A stretch of 64,000 nucleotides of DNA. Origin: Alloascoidea hylecoeti. Taxonomy: Eukaryota. Positions 35,990 to 48,238 of the stretch are shown here, one piece after another. Each line of letters opens with the position of its first letter. Positions within the stretch are counted from its first letter, which is position 1. The stretch spans positions 1,179,794-1,243,793 of the forward strand of contig BCKZ01000005.1 of NCBI GenBank assembly GCA_001600815.1. The letters run 5' to 3'. The notes under the pieces were generated by a model. It did not search any database. It had not been told where the DNA came from and saw only the letters and a list, made by a program, of their open reading frames with translations. The translations under genes and the position numbers were made by a program.

Positions 35990-36485
35990 AAAAATAATAG
36001 GGTATATCTCAAAGCATCTGTATACTTACTTTGATAAACACCACCAAATAAAGTAGAGCTAGGATCGGTTTGTACAAAATTCAAATATATAGAATGAGGT
36101 TAAGAATTGATAACCCCGGAATTGACCAAAACTTTTGCTCGATTAATATAATTTGAACCATTTGGTTATCTTCTCCCCCAATGAAGAGTGCCAAATATTC
36201 GTCGTGTGATACGTAGTTGATTGTGTATAATCATGATCAGCAAACGTTAACAGTACCGATTCATAATAAAATTTAGCATCATATTGTCCCCCATTTACAA
36301 TATCAACAGAATTATCTATGTATTGCTGCGGTGCATATATCTCAGCAAAAATTGGGTGCCAGTATATTTTGATCTTCGAGCATTCAATATGAAGATTCAG
36401 AACCTTCAATTAGGTTGCTTCCCCAGTTATAGGCCTCATCTCAACTTCATTATCTACTAGTGTTTATCAATTGAACTTTACTTTC
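35990..36485 (-). pseudogene. Rearranged aspartic protease relic
   Basis: Minus strand gives LLTFA...SSLG, NYIN..KVLVNSGVINS* and LFGGVYQSKYT. A plus-strand N-terminal remnant (gtgtttatcaattgaactttac) lies at ~36460-36481. Confidence 0.75.
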
Positions 36486-37299
36486 CAATTTTACCATAAT
36501 TCTCCACTAGCTCAGTGTTAATAAAAATTACAATCAAAGCAAGTCTGGGACATATATTTTTCAATATTAATGTTTCCTTCAAGGAGATTTGAGGTGCTCT
36601 AAGTTTCGTTATCTGCAGCAGTGCAGCCATAATAAATATATTTTATAATTATACTTTAAATTTACACAACAGTTGTTGAGAAAAAAAATTATATATGTTT
36701 ATTAATCCTGCAACATTTACAATGGATTGCATAGATTTTCAGCTTGTGCTCATCATTAAACAAAATATTTAAACTCTAATTTCAGATGATTATATCCATA
36801 TCAGCTACAGTTTTTACAAAATAAAAATTTAGTTGCAACATTAGTGATTATATTTTCTTACTTATATCAATCAATGTATCTAAATTTCAATTGATTAAAT
36901 ATTAATATTACACCCTATTGACCCCAATTAGGGTATACTTGAAAATAGATTAAACTTTTTTATGGAGAATGTTTTTCACAACAATACTTTGAAATTCGCT
37001 AGAGTGTTTTTTAAAACTTAATCAATCTTAAAGTGATTGCTGTACGTTAAAGCTAAATAATCACAATTGCAACCTGAAGGACAAACTTTACAAAGCATTA
37101 CCAATTATAGACGTCTATTATACATTTTTTTTATTGTTATAGTTAGGTATATGCATATGTCAGGTACCCATCAAAATTAAGGAGAATTTTAAATACAAAT
37201 ATGGTTTTAATATACTTTCAATTTTTCCTTATTTAATGGAAATTGCGCAGTTTCAATTTAAAATGTAAGGTTATACAGGCCTATAGCGTCCATCAGTAG

Positions 37300-38070
37300 A
37301 TGACTTTTAATTTTGATATTAAAAAGAAACTTGATCAAAAACTAGATTCAAAAAACACAGTAAGTGAAAATTGTCGTCAACTTTAATAATAATAAATAAA
37401 TAAAATATACACAGAAGGATACAATGAAAATGAATTCACAATCAAATATCAAGAATTTCTGAAGGATGGAAAGCACAATAATAACCACAAAATGAAGAGC
37501 TCTCTCGAATGTGTACAAATACGACTCTACTTTTATCTCCGCAATAGCAACTTGTAGATTAAACATTTCACTTGTATAAGCCAAAAACTTGATACAGTAT
37601 ACTAGTTCTCTATTTAAAATTGTACTGACCAGTGTATATTTCATTCATAAACTATGTTTGAGGAATTAGTACCGTATTACACACATTACTGAACTCAAAT
37701 ATCTAATATCGAAGACAAAAATAATCCAAAATTTAAGAAAAAATGGAATCAGAAAACAATGCATACTATGTCCTCAACGAAAAGGTGAAAGTGAAGAGCA
37801 CATATTCAATCATTTCAAAACTAAGAGAATAATATTTGAAAATTTCATAGGAAACGATTATCATGATCAGCTAAATGTAATGATGATTTGTGATACAGGA
37901 TTAAAAGAAATAATCCAAATAAACAACATCGGCGAAGTGATTAAAAAAATATTTATAAGATTCAGAACAATGAGTCAACCAATAAAGAAATTTTAAGTGC
38001 AGTGAAAGTTGATATAAAACGAATTAACAACCAATATATAAACTACATCTGAACAAAATTTTTAAAAAAA
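37300..38070 (+). mobile_element. Probable 3' relic of a non-LTR (L1/Zorro-like) retrotransposon
   Basis: A-rich strand. Open frame ~37670-37996 contains CILCPQRKGESEEHIFNHF (CxxC..E..HxxxxC-like, last Cys lost), followed by an A-tract near 38063-38071. Confidence 0.45.
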
Positions 38071-38218
38071 ATAGCGACATATTCTTAAATAGTAAATAAC
38101 AAAATATTTTTCCACTAATCAGATTTAATATGTATTGCATAGTCTAGTTTAAATAGTTATACTTTTAATATAAAATAACATATGGAAAAATAATACTAAA
38201 ATTTTCTGATAAGAAATT

Positions 38219-38593
38219 TGTTAGGAAGATATATTATGCTTATTCTCAGATCTACGATCCTGTTCCTATTTAGTTAGTAGTTTTTCATAGTTCTTTTTTT
38301 CTCCATTCCTCTAGTGTTTTATTAAGTCTAACCACCATTGGTAATAGCCATTTCTCTAGATNTCCAGTGAGTCTTAAGGAATCTATCACCAAGTGGTTCT
38401 AAATTGCTTATAAGATCTTTTTGTTAGAGTTACACGCTATGACGAACTGATGTCAATTAATTTTCTAATAACACTTAAAACTTTTATTTCAAATATAAAA
38501 TACTTTATTTAACGTTGACTAAATTTCGGCCAATAATAATTCTAAATTCGTGGTTGCGTTGAGATTCTACTTTTCTGAAATACTTCTCATACA
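38219..38593 (-). mobile_element. Ty3/gypsy 3' LTR (375 bp)
   Basis: On the minus strand it starts TGTATGAG directly after the PPT AAAAGGGAGGAG and ends CCTAACA (TGT...ACA). Confidence 0.8.
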
Positions 38594-38608
38594 CTCCTCC
38601 CTTTTAAA

Positions 38609-40210
38609 CTAGGACGTCCCCGTCCTATCCTCCCTATTCTGTTCAGCTTTCTTCCTTAGGAACTCGTCGTAATATGTTGACTTCATTTGGTTCTTCAATT
38701 TTTCTGGTGCTAATTCAAATTCTCTAAAGGTTAGTTCTGATGGGGCATGGGGATCACAATCCGTCCAGGTTACTGTACTAATTCTGGTCAATTCGTTATA
38801 CTTTATCAATTTTTTCATTTCGCCTATTCTTTGTCTATTTTCCTTAGGTGTCTTTGGTGGTACCTTGTTATAATCTTGGGTGTTNNNNNNNNNNNNNNNN
38901 NNNNNNNNNNNNNNNNNNNNNNNNNNNNNNNNNNNNNNNNNNNNNNNNNNNNNNNNNNNNNNNNNNNNNNNNNNNNNNNNNNNNNNNNNNNNNNNNNNNN
39001 NNNNNNNNNNNNNNNNNNNNNNNNNNNNNNNNNNNNNNNNNNNNNNNNNNNNNNNNNNNNNNNNNNNNNNNNNNNNNNNNNNNNNNNNNNNNNNNNNNNN
39101 NNNNNNNNNNNNNNNNNNNNNNNNNNNNNNNNNNNNNNNNNNNNNNNNNNNNNNNNNNNNNNNNNNNNNNNNNNNNNNNNNNNNNNNNNNNNNNNNNNNN
39201 NNNNNNNNNNNNNNNNNNNNNNNNNNNNNNNNNNNNNNNNNNNNNNNNNNNNNNNNNNNNNNNNNNNNNNNNNNNNNNNNNNNNNNNNNNNNNNNNNNNN
39301 NNNNNNNNNNNNNNNNNNNNNNNNNNNNNNNNNNNNNNNNNNNNNNNNNNNNNNNNNNNNNNNNTCTGCCATGAATGGTGAACAATTGATCGATTTCTGG
39401 TAACTACTGTTGTACGCAAATTCTAATATTGGTAGGTACTCTTCCCAGTCGTCGTTTTCCTTATTCACATACGCTCTTAACATTTGGTTCAGAATTTTGT
39501 TCAATCTCTCCGTCTGGCCATCCGTATCGGGGTGGTTGACTGTTGAAAAGTCTAGTAATGTTCCGAGTAATTCATGTATTGTCCTCCAAAAGGCTCCTAA
39601 AAATCGAATGTCTCTATCTGAAATTATGTTCTTTGGTGTGCCATGCAGGCGGAAAATCTGTTCTACAAACAATTTTGCTGCCCCCTCCCCCGTTAATTCT
39701 TTGCTTGTGGCAATAAAGTGTCCTCGCTTTGTTAGTCTATCTATAACAACAAAAATAGCATTATGTCCCTTCTTGTTCTTTGGGATACCGGTAACAAAAT
39801 CCATCGATATTTGTTCCCATCTTTCCTTTGGTATTGGTAAGGGCATTAATAGACCTTGAGTGGCTCGGGTTGTCGATTTAACGGTTTGGCATGTATAGCA
39901 CTTATTAATATATCTTTTAATCTGTTTGAACATATTTTTCCAGTAATATTTCTTAGCGATCAGTAAGTATGTCTTGTAGTATCCAAAATGTCCACTTAGG
40001 GGTGAATCGTGTCCCAACTTCATGATTTTCTGTTTCACTTGGCCATTGGGCGTGTCTGGCACACAAATTCTTTCTTCATCGTCATCCCCTATGGTAGTGT
40101 TGAACACTAGCAATCCTTCAACTATTGAATAATGTCTAATATAAGCATTCATTTTCGTCGGTATTTCTTTCTTGTTCTTTAAAATGTCATAAATTTCTGC
40201 AAAGTATTCC
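38609..40210 (-). mobile_element. Ty3/gypsy integrase (5'-truncated element, spans an assembly gap)
   Basis: HHCC finger (GHDSPLSGHFG...CYTCQ) and DDE core (ISMDFVTG, IISDRD, TDGQTER). A Ty3-like C-terminal domain follows the gap. Confidence 0.93.
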
Positions 40211-40846
40211 AGCAGAGAACAAGAAATTGAAGCCAATTTATGAAGGACCATACGAGATTATAAATGTGATGAACGAGAATACTTACCAAATAGATTTCAG
40301 AACAATAAAAAGTCGATGGCGAAACATTAACATAAAATGGCTCAAGGAATACAACAACACCCAAGATTATAACAAGGTACCACCAAAGACACCTAAGGAA
40401 AATAGACAAAGAATAGGCGAAATGAAAAAATTGATAAAGTATAACGAATTGACCAGAATTAGTACAGTAACCTGGACGGATTGTGATCCCCATGCCCCAT
40501 CAGAACTAACCTTTAGAGAATTTGAATTAGCACCAGAAAAATTGAAGAACCAAATGAAGTCAACATATTACGACGAGTTCCTAAGGAAGAAAGCTGAACA
40601 GAATAGGGAGGATAGGACGGGGACGTCCTAGTTTAAAAGGGAGGAGTGTATGAGAAGTATTTCAGAAAAGTAGAATCTCAACGCAACCACGAATTTAGAA
40701 TTATTATTGGCCGAAATTTAGTCAACGTTAAATAAAGTATTTTATATTTGAAATAAAAGTTTTAAGTGTTATTAGAAAATTAATTGACATCAGTTCGTCG
40801 TAGCGTGTAACTCTAACAAAAAGATCTTATAAGCAATTTAGAACCA
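40206..40846 (+). mobile_element. Inverted copy of the Ty3 3' end (GPY/F domain, PPT, first 200 bp of LTR)
   Basis: KKLKPIYEGPY..., PPT at 40635-40646 and LTR start at 40647. Near-identical reverse complement of 38394-38884. Confidence 0.9.
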
Positions 40847-40929
40847 ATAAAAAAAAAGAAGATGAATATTTATTCTGTAACATTGGTATAAAATGAAGGA
40901 ATATGCTGTATGACGTCAGAAGTGTAAGG

Positions 40930-41140
40930 GTGGATGGTTGCAGGATCGATAAGATGCCCTTCAGCTATCAAATCACCCTATATTGAATTTGCAGCAAGAG
41001 GTACATTATGAACCGGTGACATCTCTTGACTACCCGTAGCAGAAGCGTTCTTTTTCTTTGAAACTTGGCCTTCATCAATATAAACAACAACGACAAAAAC
41101 AAACATTAAACTACATGAACAAAGCCCATAAAGGGTGTGG
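40930..41140 (+). pseudogene. Possible kinase relic (subdomains V-VIa)
   Basis: IEFAARGTL (EYAxxGxL-like) followed by TLNYMN (LxYLH-like). Weak. Confidence 0.3.
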
Positions 41141-41832
41141 TTGTAAATCGAAGGGTTGGACTATAGAGAGGAAAGGGATTTCCCCAGATTAACCATATTA
41201 ATTGTTTACTCTCAAGCTCATAACTAATGAACAACAGCCGGTTCTCGATCCCGAAAAGAAATATTCAAATATCACCTTTCTTTTCGAATAATATTTGGAT
41301 CCGACCAAAAATACGTAGAATTATGATTGTAAAAACATATGCAAATGATAACTATGTCAATAGCACCAGCCTCCAAGCGGTAACCTTAATAGGGATCTAG
41401 ACTAAACTTAAACTGACATCGGTAATATAAGGATTATTCAGCTTCAAGAAAGGAACTTCTTCCATTTCATTCAGACTGAGATCTAGATCTAGAGCTATCG
41501 ATATATAATCAGGTATAGAGTGTTAACTAATCCATGTAAGACAAATTTGTGAAATATGTGCGATAAACAATTTCAGTGTAATGACTATCTAAATATTTTT
41601 CAGCCACGAGATCTAACTTCACGTCTATCACACTCACACTGGACAAAATATTGCAACTATTGCCTCTTCCGGAAATATGTGTTGAGCCCCAAAAGGAGCA
41701 TGTGACCAGAATCACTGAGTCAAAACAGCGGCACGTGACCGCGGGAGTAGCCGGCCGTTAGAGTTCGGGGGATTGCGTGTCGGACTGCGGGTAACGATGG
41801 CACTAAGCAGCAGAGAAAAAGAGCGAGCCGAA

Positions 41833-41843
41833 CCTTTCATCCG
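41833..41843 (+). promoter_or_regulatory. CSRE-like element in the GC-rich MLS1 promoter; TATA near 41947
   Basis: CCTTTCATCCG is one mismatch from the CCATTCATCCG carbon-source-responsive element (Cat8/Sip4) and lies upstream of a glyoxylate-cycle gene. Confidence 0.55.
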
Positions 41844-42018
41844 GAAAGGCAGATTCCGGCCCACAGGGTGGCGTTACGTAAGCGTGCAGAATCAGTTCCC
41901 CGGGTCAAATACCCCAGATTCGAAGATTAGCAGCACGTTCACTGTTATATAAAACCCTCTTCTCCTCTTTTTTTTCTTTCTTCTTCAACCATCTCATTAT
42001 ATTATTATACTTACAAAA

Positions 42019-43653
42019 ATGGCCTCAATTGAATCAACTTTACAAGGTGTCGAGATTAAAGCTCCTATCCCAACAAATGCTTCTCATATCTTAACAAAGG
42101 AAGCAATTGCTTTCTTAGCTACTCTACACCGAACTTTTAATGCTCGCCGTCTAGCTCTTTTAGATCGTCGTCAAGTTAGACAGGCTGAAATTGATGCTGG
42201 TAAATTCCCTGATTTCTTACCTGAAACTGAACATATTAGAAAAGATGCCACTTGGAAAGGTGCTGCTCCAGCTCCTGGTCTTGTTGATAGAAGAGTTGAA
42301 ATTACTGGTCCAACTGATAGAAAAATGGTAATCAACGCTTTAAATTCTGATGTTTATACTTATATGTCTGATTTTGAAGATTCTCAAGCTCCAACTTGGG
42401 CTAATAATGTTGATGGTCAAGTTAATTTATATGATGCCGTTAGAAGAACAATTTCTTTAAATACTGGCAAAAAATCTTATAAATTAAGAACTGATAGAAA
42501 TCCATTACCAACTTTAATCGTTAGACCACGTGGATGGCATTTAGAAGAAAAACATTTTATTGTTGATGGTAAACCAATTTCTGGTAGTTTGTTTGATTTT
42601 GGTTTATATTTTTTCCATAATGCAAAAGAATCTGTCGCACAAGGCTTTGGACCATATTTTTATTTACCAAAAATGGAATCTCATTTAGAAGCAAGATTAT
42701 GGAATGATGTTTTTAATTTATCCCAAGATATTGTTGGTGTTTCAAGAGGTACAATTAGAGCAACTGTTTTAATTGAAACAATTTTGGCAGTTTTTGAAAT
42801 GGATGAAATTATTTATGAATTACGTGATCATTCATCAGGTTTAAATTGTGGTAGATGGGATTATATTTTTTCATTTATTAAAAAATTTAGAAACCATTCT
42901 GAATTTGTTTTACCTGATCGTGGTGATGTTACAATGACTGTTCCATTTATGTCATCATATGTTAAATTATTAATTAAAACTTGTCATAAACGTGGTGTTC
43001 ATGCCATGGGTGGTATGGCTGCTCAAATTCCAATTAAAAATGATGATGTTGCAAATAAAGTTGCAATGGAAGGTGTTTATAAAGATAAATTAAGAGAAGT
43101 TACTGCTGGTCATGATGGCACTTGGGTTGCTCATCCTGCTTTGGCTTATATTGCTCTTGATGTTTTTAATAAACATATGCCAACTCCAAATCAAATCTTT
43201 AAACGTGATGATTATAATGATGTTCATGTTACTGCAAGAGATTTAATTAATCCTTTTATTCCAGGTGGCAAAATAACTGAAGCAGGAATTAGGAAAAATA
43301 TTTACATTGGTTTAGGCTATATGGAAGCATGGTTACGTGGTACAGGTTGTGTTCCAATTAATTATTTAATGGAGGATGCTGCTACAGCTGAAGTTTCAAG
43401 ATCACAAATTTATCAATGGGTTCATCATGGTATTATTACTGCTGAAGGAATTAAAGTAACTCCTGATTATACAAGAAAATTATTAAAGGATGAAACAGAA
43501 AAATTAATTAAAAATGCTCCACAAGGAAATAAATTTAATGAAGCTGCAAATGCTTTTGAACCTGAAATTACTGGACAAAGATATTCTGAATTTTTAACAA
43601 GTTTATTATATGATGATATTACTTCTGTTTCTTCATATTCTACAAAATTATAA
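42019..43653 (+). CDS. MLS1: Malate synthase
   Basis: Motifs [34 protein letters not shown] and [10 protein letters not shown]-terminal TKL is PTS1-like. Confidence 0.97.
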   Translation: MASIESTLQGVEIKAPIPTNASHILTKEAIAFLATLHRTFNARRLALLDRRQVRQAEIDAGKFPDFLPETEHIRKDATWKGAAPAPGLVDRRVEITGPTDRKMVINALNSDVYTYMSDFEDSQAPTWANNVDGQVNLYDAVRRTISLNTGKKSYKLRTDRNPLPTLIVRPRGWHLEEKHFIVDGKPISGSLFDFGLYFFHNAKESVAQGFGPYFYLPKMESHLEARLWNDVFNLSQDIVGVSRGTIRATVLIETILAVFEMDEIIYELRDHSSGLNCGRWDYIFSFIKKFRNHSEFVLPDRGDVTMTVPFMSSYVKLLIKTCHKRGVHAMGGMAAQIPIKNDDVANKVAMEGVYKDKLREVTAGHDGTWVAHPALAYIALDVFNKHMPTPNQIFKRDDYNDVHVTARDLINPFIPGGKITEAGIRKNIYIGLGYMEAWLRGTGCVPINYLMEDAATAEVSRSQIYQWVHHGIITAEGIKVTPDYTRKLLKDETEKLIKNAPQGNKFNEAANAFEPEITGQRYSEFLTSLLYDDITSVSSYSTKL

Positions 43654-44569
43654 ATTATATCAATTTCAAATCTTTAATTTGAGGAAAAATAAAAAAAAGC
43701 TTGGGGTTATTATACCATTGTGATGTGCTGTGCATAGCTATGTATGTTTGTGAATTGATTGGATAGTAAATATTATATAAACTGTTTAAAAAATTGAAAA
43801 AAAATGTATTTCGTATAAATTAAATGTTCATTATCATAAATTGTAAATCTTTTATAACCCTCTAATCTATGTGGATTGGATTTGAAAATTGAAACTGTAG
43901 TTGAAAATTAATATTGATTTTATATTTATAGTCCTATTTTCCTTGTGGTGGAATTTTTGGCCAAACCCGGAAGAATAAATACACAACTTACGGGATATGC
44001 CGTTTAGATAGTTTTCAAGACAAGTATATACTACATTTTGTACGTATATGAAGTTTTCCGTATATACAATTGAAATATTTAATTTATCTTCAACAAGGTA
44101 TCATTAGAGCTGAGTACAAAGAATATTTGTGATTGTAGACATTCAAGATAGTTCTTTATCTTTGGTTAACGTTATTGAATCTTATGTTCGATTCTTGATT
44201 GCTGTATTGATTCCATTTTCATTTTCAGTCTATCATATTATTATGTGTTTGAATAATAAAAGTACCTAACAAAAAAAAAAAATTCAGGTTTTAACCTATT
44301 AGATTAATTATCATTGATGAGGCCTTTTAATCCATATTTGTTTAATGTTATAGTTATTTTTTGTGAAAGAGTTCTAAAATAATGTTTTGTTGTTTTAATG
44401 AGACTCTTAGGTCATAGAAGAATTCTGGTATATTATCATTTTCATATGAATTGAATTCTTCAGATGTTGGCATTGGTTTGTTTAAAATGTCGTGGTAAGA
44501 GTTAAATACCCAAGACTTGAAATTTAATAATTAATCTCTCGGGTGACGATATTTTCGTTATTCTAATCT

Positions 44570-44690
44570 AATTTAGTTCGTCACATGCGTGTCAAATATT
44601 TCGCTCTATTCGACATTATGTAGACCAATAAGTTCGACACTTCGAACTTGAAGATTTCCTCACCAACAATTAATTCGACATTCTATGTTT
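44570..44690 (-). repeat. TGTCGAA-type array (inverse orientation)
   Basis: ttcgtcac, ttcgacat, ttcgacac and ttcgacat on the + strand. Confidence 0.4.
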
Positions 44691-44925
44691 GGTACTGTTG
44701 TAAGAAGTTCACGCCAGGTCTTTGAAGCAGAAATTATTTATAAGGAATTTTGAGTCTGTAAGTCTTATGGTACGGACAAAAATTTGGAAAGGAGGCTGGG
44801 CTACAGTGTATAAAGTAGTGTAGTGGGGATCTAATTAATGGCAGATATAAAGTAGCCACCACGCTTTCCTCTGTGAAACTTCCGGAAGATGCTTTTAACG
44901 AGATTTTTGGGCTCTCATATTAAAA
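44690..44925 (+). pseudogene. Kinase N-lobe relic (subdomains I-III)
   Basis: TKIWKGGWATVYKVV* (44776-44823; IGKGGxATVYKxxW-like), then YKVATTLSSVKLPEDAFNEI. A DNA homologue lies at 62400-62620 (-). Confidence 0.6.
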
Positions 44926-44989
44926 CAGGATAACACATCTATCCATAAAACTGGAATAACGATGATTTTGGTTTGTTACAAGAAGATAG

Positions 44990-45771
44990 AGGTGTGTGTT
45001 GTTTAGAACTATCAAGACTTGATTTTCAAACCCCAATATAAAAATCATCACAACATACAATATAATCATTGTATACAGTGACATCATTCATATATACACC
45101 ATGTTCTGCTACTCCTGGTATCATCAAATGATCTACTGGTTTGAAATTTGGTAACTTCCAAATTATACGAGACTCATCCCATGGACCACAGAAACCAGAT
45201 AATCTTCATTATCCATACAACTAACTCCACACAGATGAAATTTGATATTGGTATCTTTTATAAATTTCAATATGCTCCATGTTGGTAAATATTTTAAATG
45301 CTCATAATAATGTGATACACCTAAAATCTTAAGCTCTGGTTCACCTATAACTCTTAAACATTAGAAAGTTTTACGATCCCAAATTCTTATTGTACACAGA
45401 TCGTCTGAACTAGTTAAAATCCAGTTTTTATAAAATTTAACACAATTTGTTTCGCCAGAATGACCACTTAATTTATGCTGCATAAATCTATCATTTTTCC
45501 AATTCAACTCTAAAATATTACGTACTTATATAATTCATACCATAAATCAGTTTCTAATTCATCATTATAGTATTTCCAATATTTTTGATCTTTGGAACTT
45601 TGATCTCCATATATCATCATTTTTTTCAATTATTTTTTTCCATGATTTAGAAACTCTTCTACAAATAAATAAAGTTTTCGGTAACGAATCTGAGAAGATT
45701 ATATGAAATATTTCATAAGGAAGATAAGAAACAAAATCTATTGCATTCCCAAGAATTTTGTGTAAGGACAT
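44990..45771 (-). pseudogene. F-box/WD40 pseudogene B
   Basis: F-box MSLHKILGNAIDFVSYLPYEI...CRRVSKSWK, then GHSGETNCVKF and TIRIWD, with frameshifts and stops. Confidence 0.88.
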
Positions 45772-46010
45772 GTTATGTTGCAATTGTTGTCTATTTGTGA
45801 TTGTCAATAGATATTCTTGTTGTCTCCGATCACAACTGAGAAGAAAAGAGAGGTTACGAACGTCACTCCTACTCAAACACGAGTATTCATAAATACATGT
45901 ACAAGATTAGGAATGAAGATCAATTCAAGGACGAAACAATGTCCGAACAAGAAGATTCATCCCTTAGTAGAATACAACAAACAGCTATCTAAGATTTAAA
46001 TGAAACACTT

Positions 46011-47417
46011 ATGATGTTGGTTGCTGAGATGAGGGCTGGAAGAGAAACTGCTGCTGATATACATCACAAGGAAATCATGGATGAATTTCGCTCTTTACGC
46101 GATTTCAGCACGTTTTTATTCAAGAATATTCATACAAACATCGATTTTGTTTCTTATCTATCTAATGAAATTTCTGAAATAATCTTCTTAGACTTGCTAC
46201 TAAAGACTTTACTTAATTGTAGAAGTGTATCTAAAGCATGGAAACAAATAGCTGAAAATGATATGATAATGTATGGAAATCAAAGTTTCAAGAACAAAAA
46301 TATTGGAAATATTATAATGATGATTCGGAAACAGATTCTTGATATGAATTGTATAAAGAACGTTCTCTTTTAGATTTGAATTGGAAAAATAATAAATTTA
46401 CACGACATATATTAAAGGGTCATTCTAGCAAAACACTTTGTGTGAAATTTTATAAAAACTGGATATAACTGGTTCAAATGATTGGACAATAAGAATTTGG
46501 GATATTGAAACTTTTCAATGTTTAAGAGTTATAGGTGAACCAGATTTTGTGCTTTTATAACAATTTGGTATATCAGATCTTTAGTTTCTAAACCAAGAAG
46601 TATCAACAGAGGAAATTGAGGATTTAATAGAAAACATCGATATCAACTTTCATCTGAGTGCTGTCGCATCTATCGATATTAATGATATATATTTGATACT
46701 TGTATGATTTGGAAACTACCAGATTCCAAACTAATAGATCGTCTGATACCAACAGAACCTGATTATAATATTGAATATAATCTTGGTACCGAAGTCGCTT
46801 TATCCAATGACTATATTGTGTGTTCTACCCATGATTCTGTTGTGGTTTGGAAGACAAGTCTTGATAATTTAGAACATCAACTACAGGTTTATTTTAAATT
46901 CCGTTTAAGATGTGAATCTGATGGTATTTGTGTTCATAATGGTATCATATACACTAAAGATGCAACCTGGAATTATGAAAGTGTAATAAATTCCTGGAAT
47001 ATTAAAACCGGTCGAATAAATATAATCGAATGAGATGCTTTACAGTAAGTGATCGATACTTAATAGTTACAATTCGTGGCAAACTAACAGTTCGGGATTT
47101 ACAATCAAATAAATTAATAAAGACTTTATCATATGACAGAGAATATCATAGAAAAGGATTATATGTAGTCAATAACAAAATCATTTCTGTTAATTCTGAT
47201 TTTACTATTAAGATTTGGAATTCACTCAAATGATATAAAATTATTTAAAGAATTTAAACTTTCAGAATATGAATTAAATATCGAAGATGTTTACTCAATT
47301 GTGTTTGACTCGAAAAGACTAACTGCTTTTACTATGGATGATGATATTATTATTTATGATTTTACTAAAAATTTAAGGAAAAAATATTTAAAACATTTAT
47401 TATCTATTAAAAGTTGA
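46011..47417 (+). pseudogene. F-box/WD40 pseudogene C (most complete)
   Basis: F-box DFVSYLSNEISEIIF...CRSVSKAWK. WD40 repeats GHSSKTLCVKF...TIRIWD and IISVNSDFTIKIWN. Multiple stops and frameshifts. Confidence 0.9.
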
Positions 47418-47734
47418 AATACCCATTTAATCTCTATGAGTATTTATTGATATTTAATCACACTTATCAGTTCGGAACACGATCTTTAAACCTCACCCTA
47501 GAATACTAATAGAAGTCATTAAATAGATAGACAAATCATCAAATGAATTACTCCTTAATCCGTTATTTAATGGCACTACAGAGAAAAACTCGCATCGTAT
47601 GGTTTGAGATATTGGATGCACATAGGTATAGGTGAGGTTTATATTTCATAAAAAGAATTTATTCCCAAAATTAAGTAAAATTGTATTTTCAAAAGAGTAG
47701 AGTTCCTAATAAATACCCATAAATCTATCTACGA

Positions 47735-47835
47735 CATGGTCGAATATTAGCTCAAGGTGTGGCCGAATATATTATTCAAGAAATAATCGAACCTTTTTGC
47801 AAAACATGGCCGAATATTTAATTTAAATTGTGAAG
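47735..47835 (+). repeat. TGGCCGAA-type array
   Basis: catggtcgaatatt, tgtggccgaatat and catggccgaatatttaatttaaattgtg. The tail ttaatttaaattgtg is shared with ~23012-23026. Confidence 0.65.
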
Positions 47836-48238
47836 TTAGTTAGGGGCTACAAATAAAAAGAGGCTTGCAATCAAGTGTGTTGAGTATGTTGACCATTATT
47901 CAACAGTACATGTTACACTTAAGAAAAGTCAGAATAGTGTAATTTTATCCAAAGAATTATCTATACCTATACGGTACTAAACAGTTGTAGATTGTTGAAA
48001 ATTTGAGTTTTATTGCAAAATAATAAAAAGATAATATATATAGCAAATTTAAATATTAAATACATATATCCGAAATAAATTCATGTTGAATGAGGGTTAT
48101 TCAAAAGCAAAACAAAAAAAAAATAATAGTTAAAAAAAAATAATTAAAAAAAAAAGAGGGAGAGAAATATAAATTGTAATATGTGAATATAAATTGGGAT
48201 TATAGAGGCATATTATATCGTTATTAAAACATAAATGT

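Noticed and set aside
38885..39364. Several long ORFs made of X residues
   Set aside because: Artefacts of the N gap. Only the flanking integrase sequence is real.
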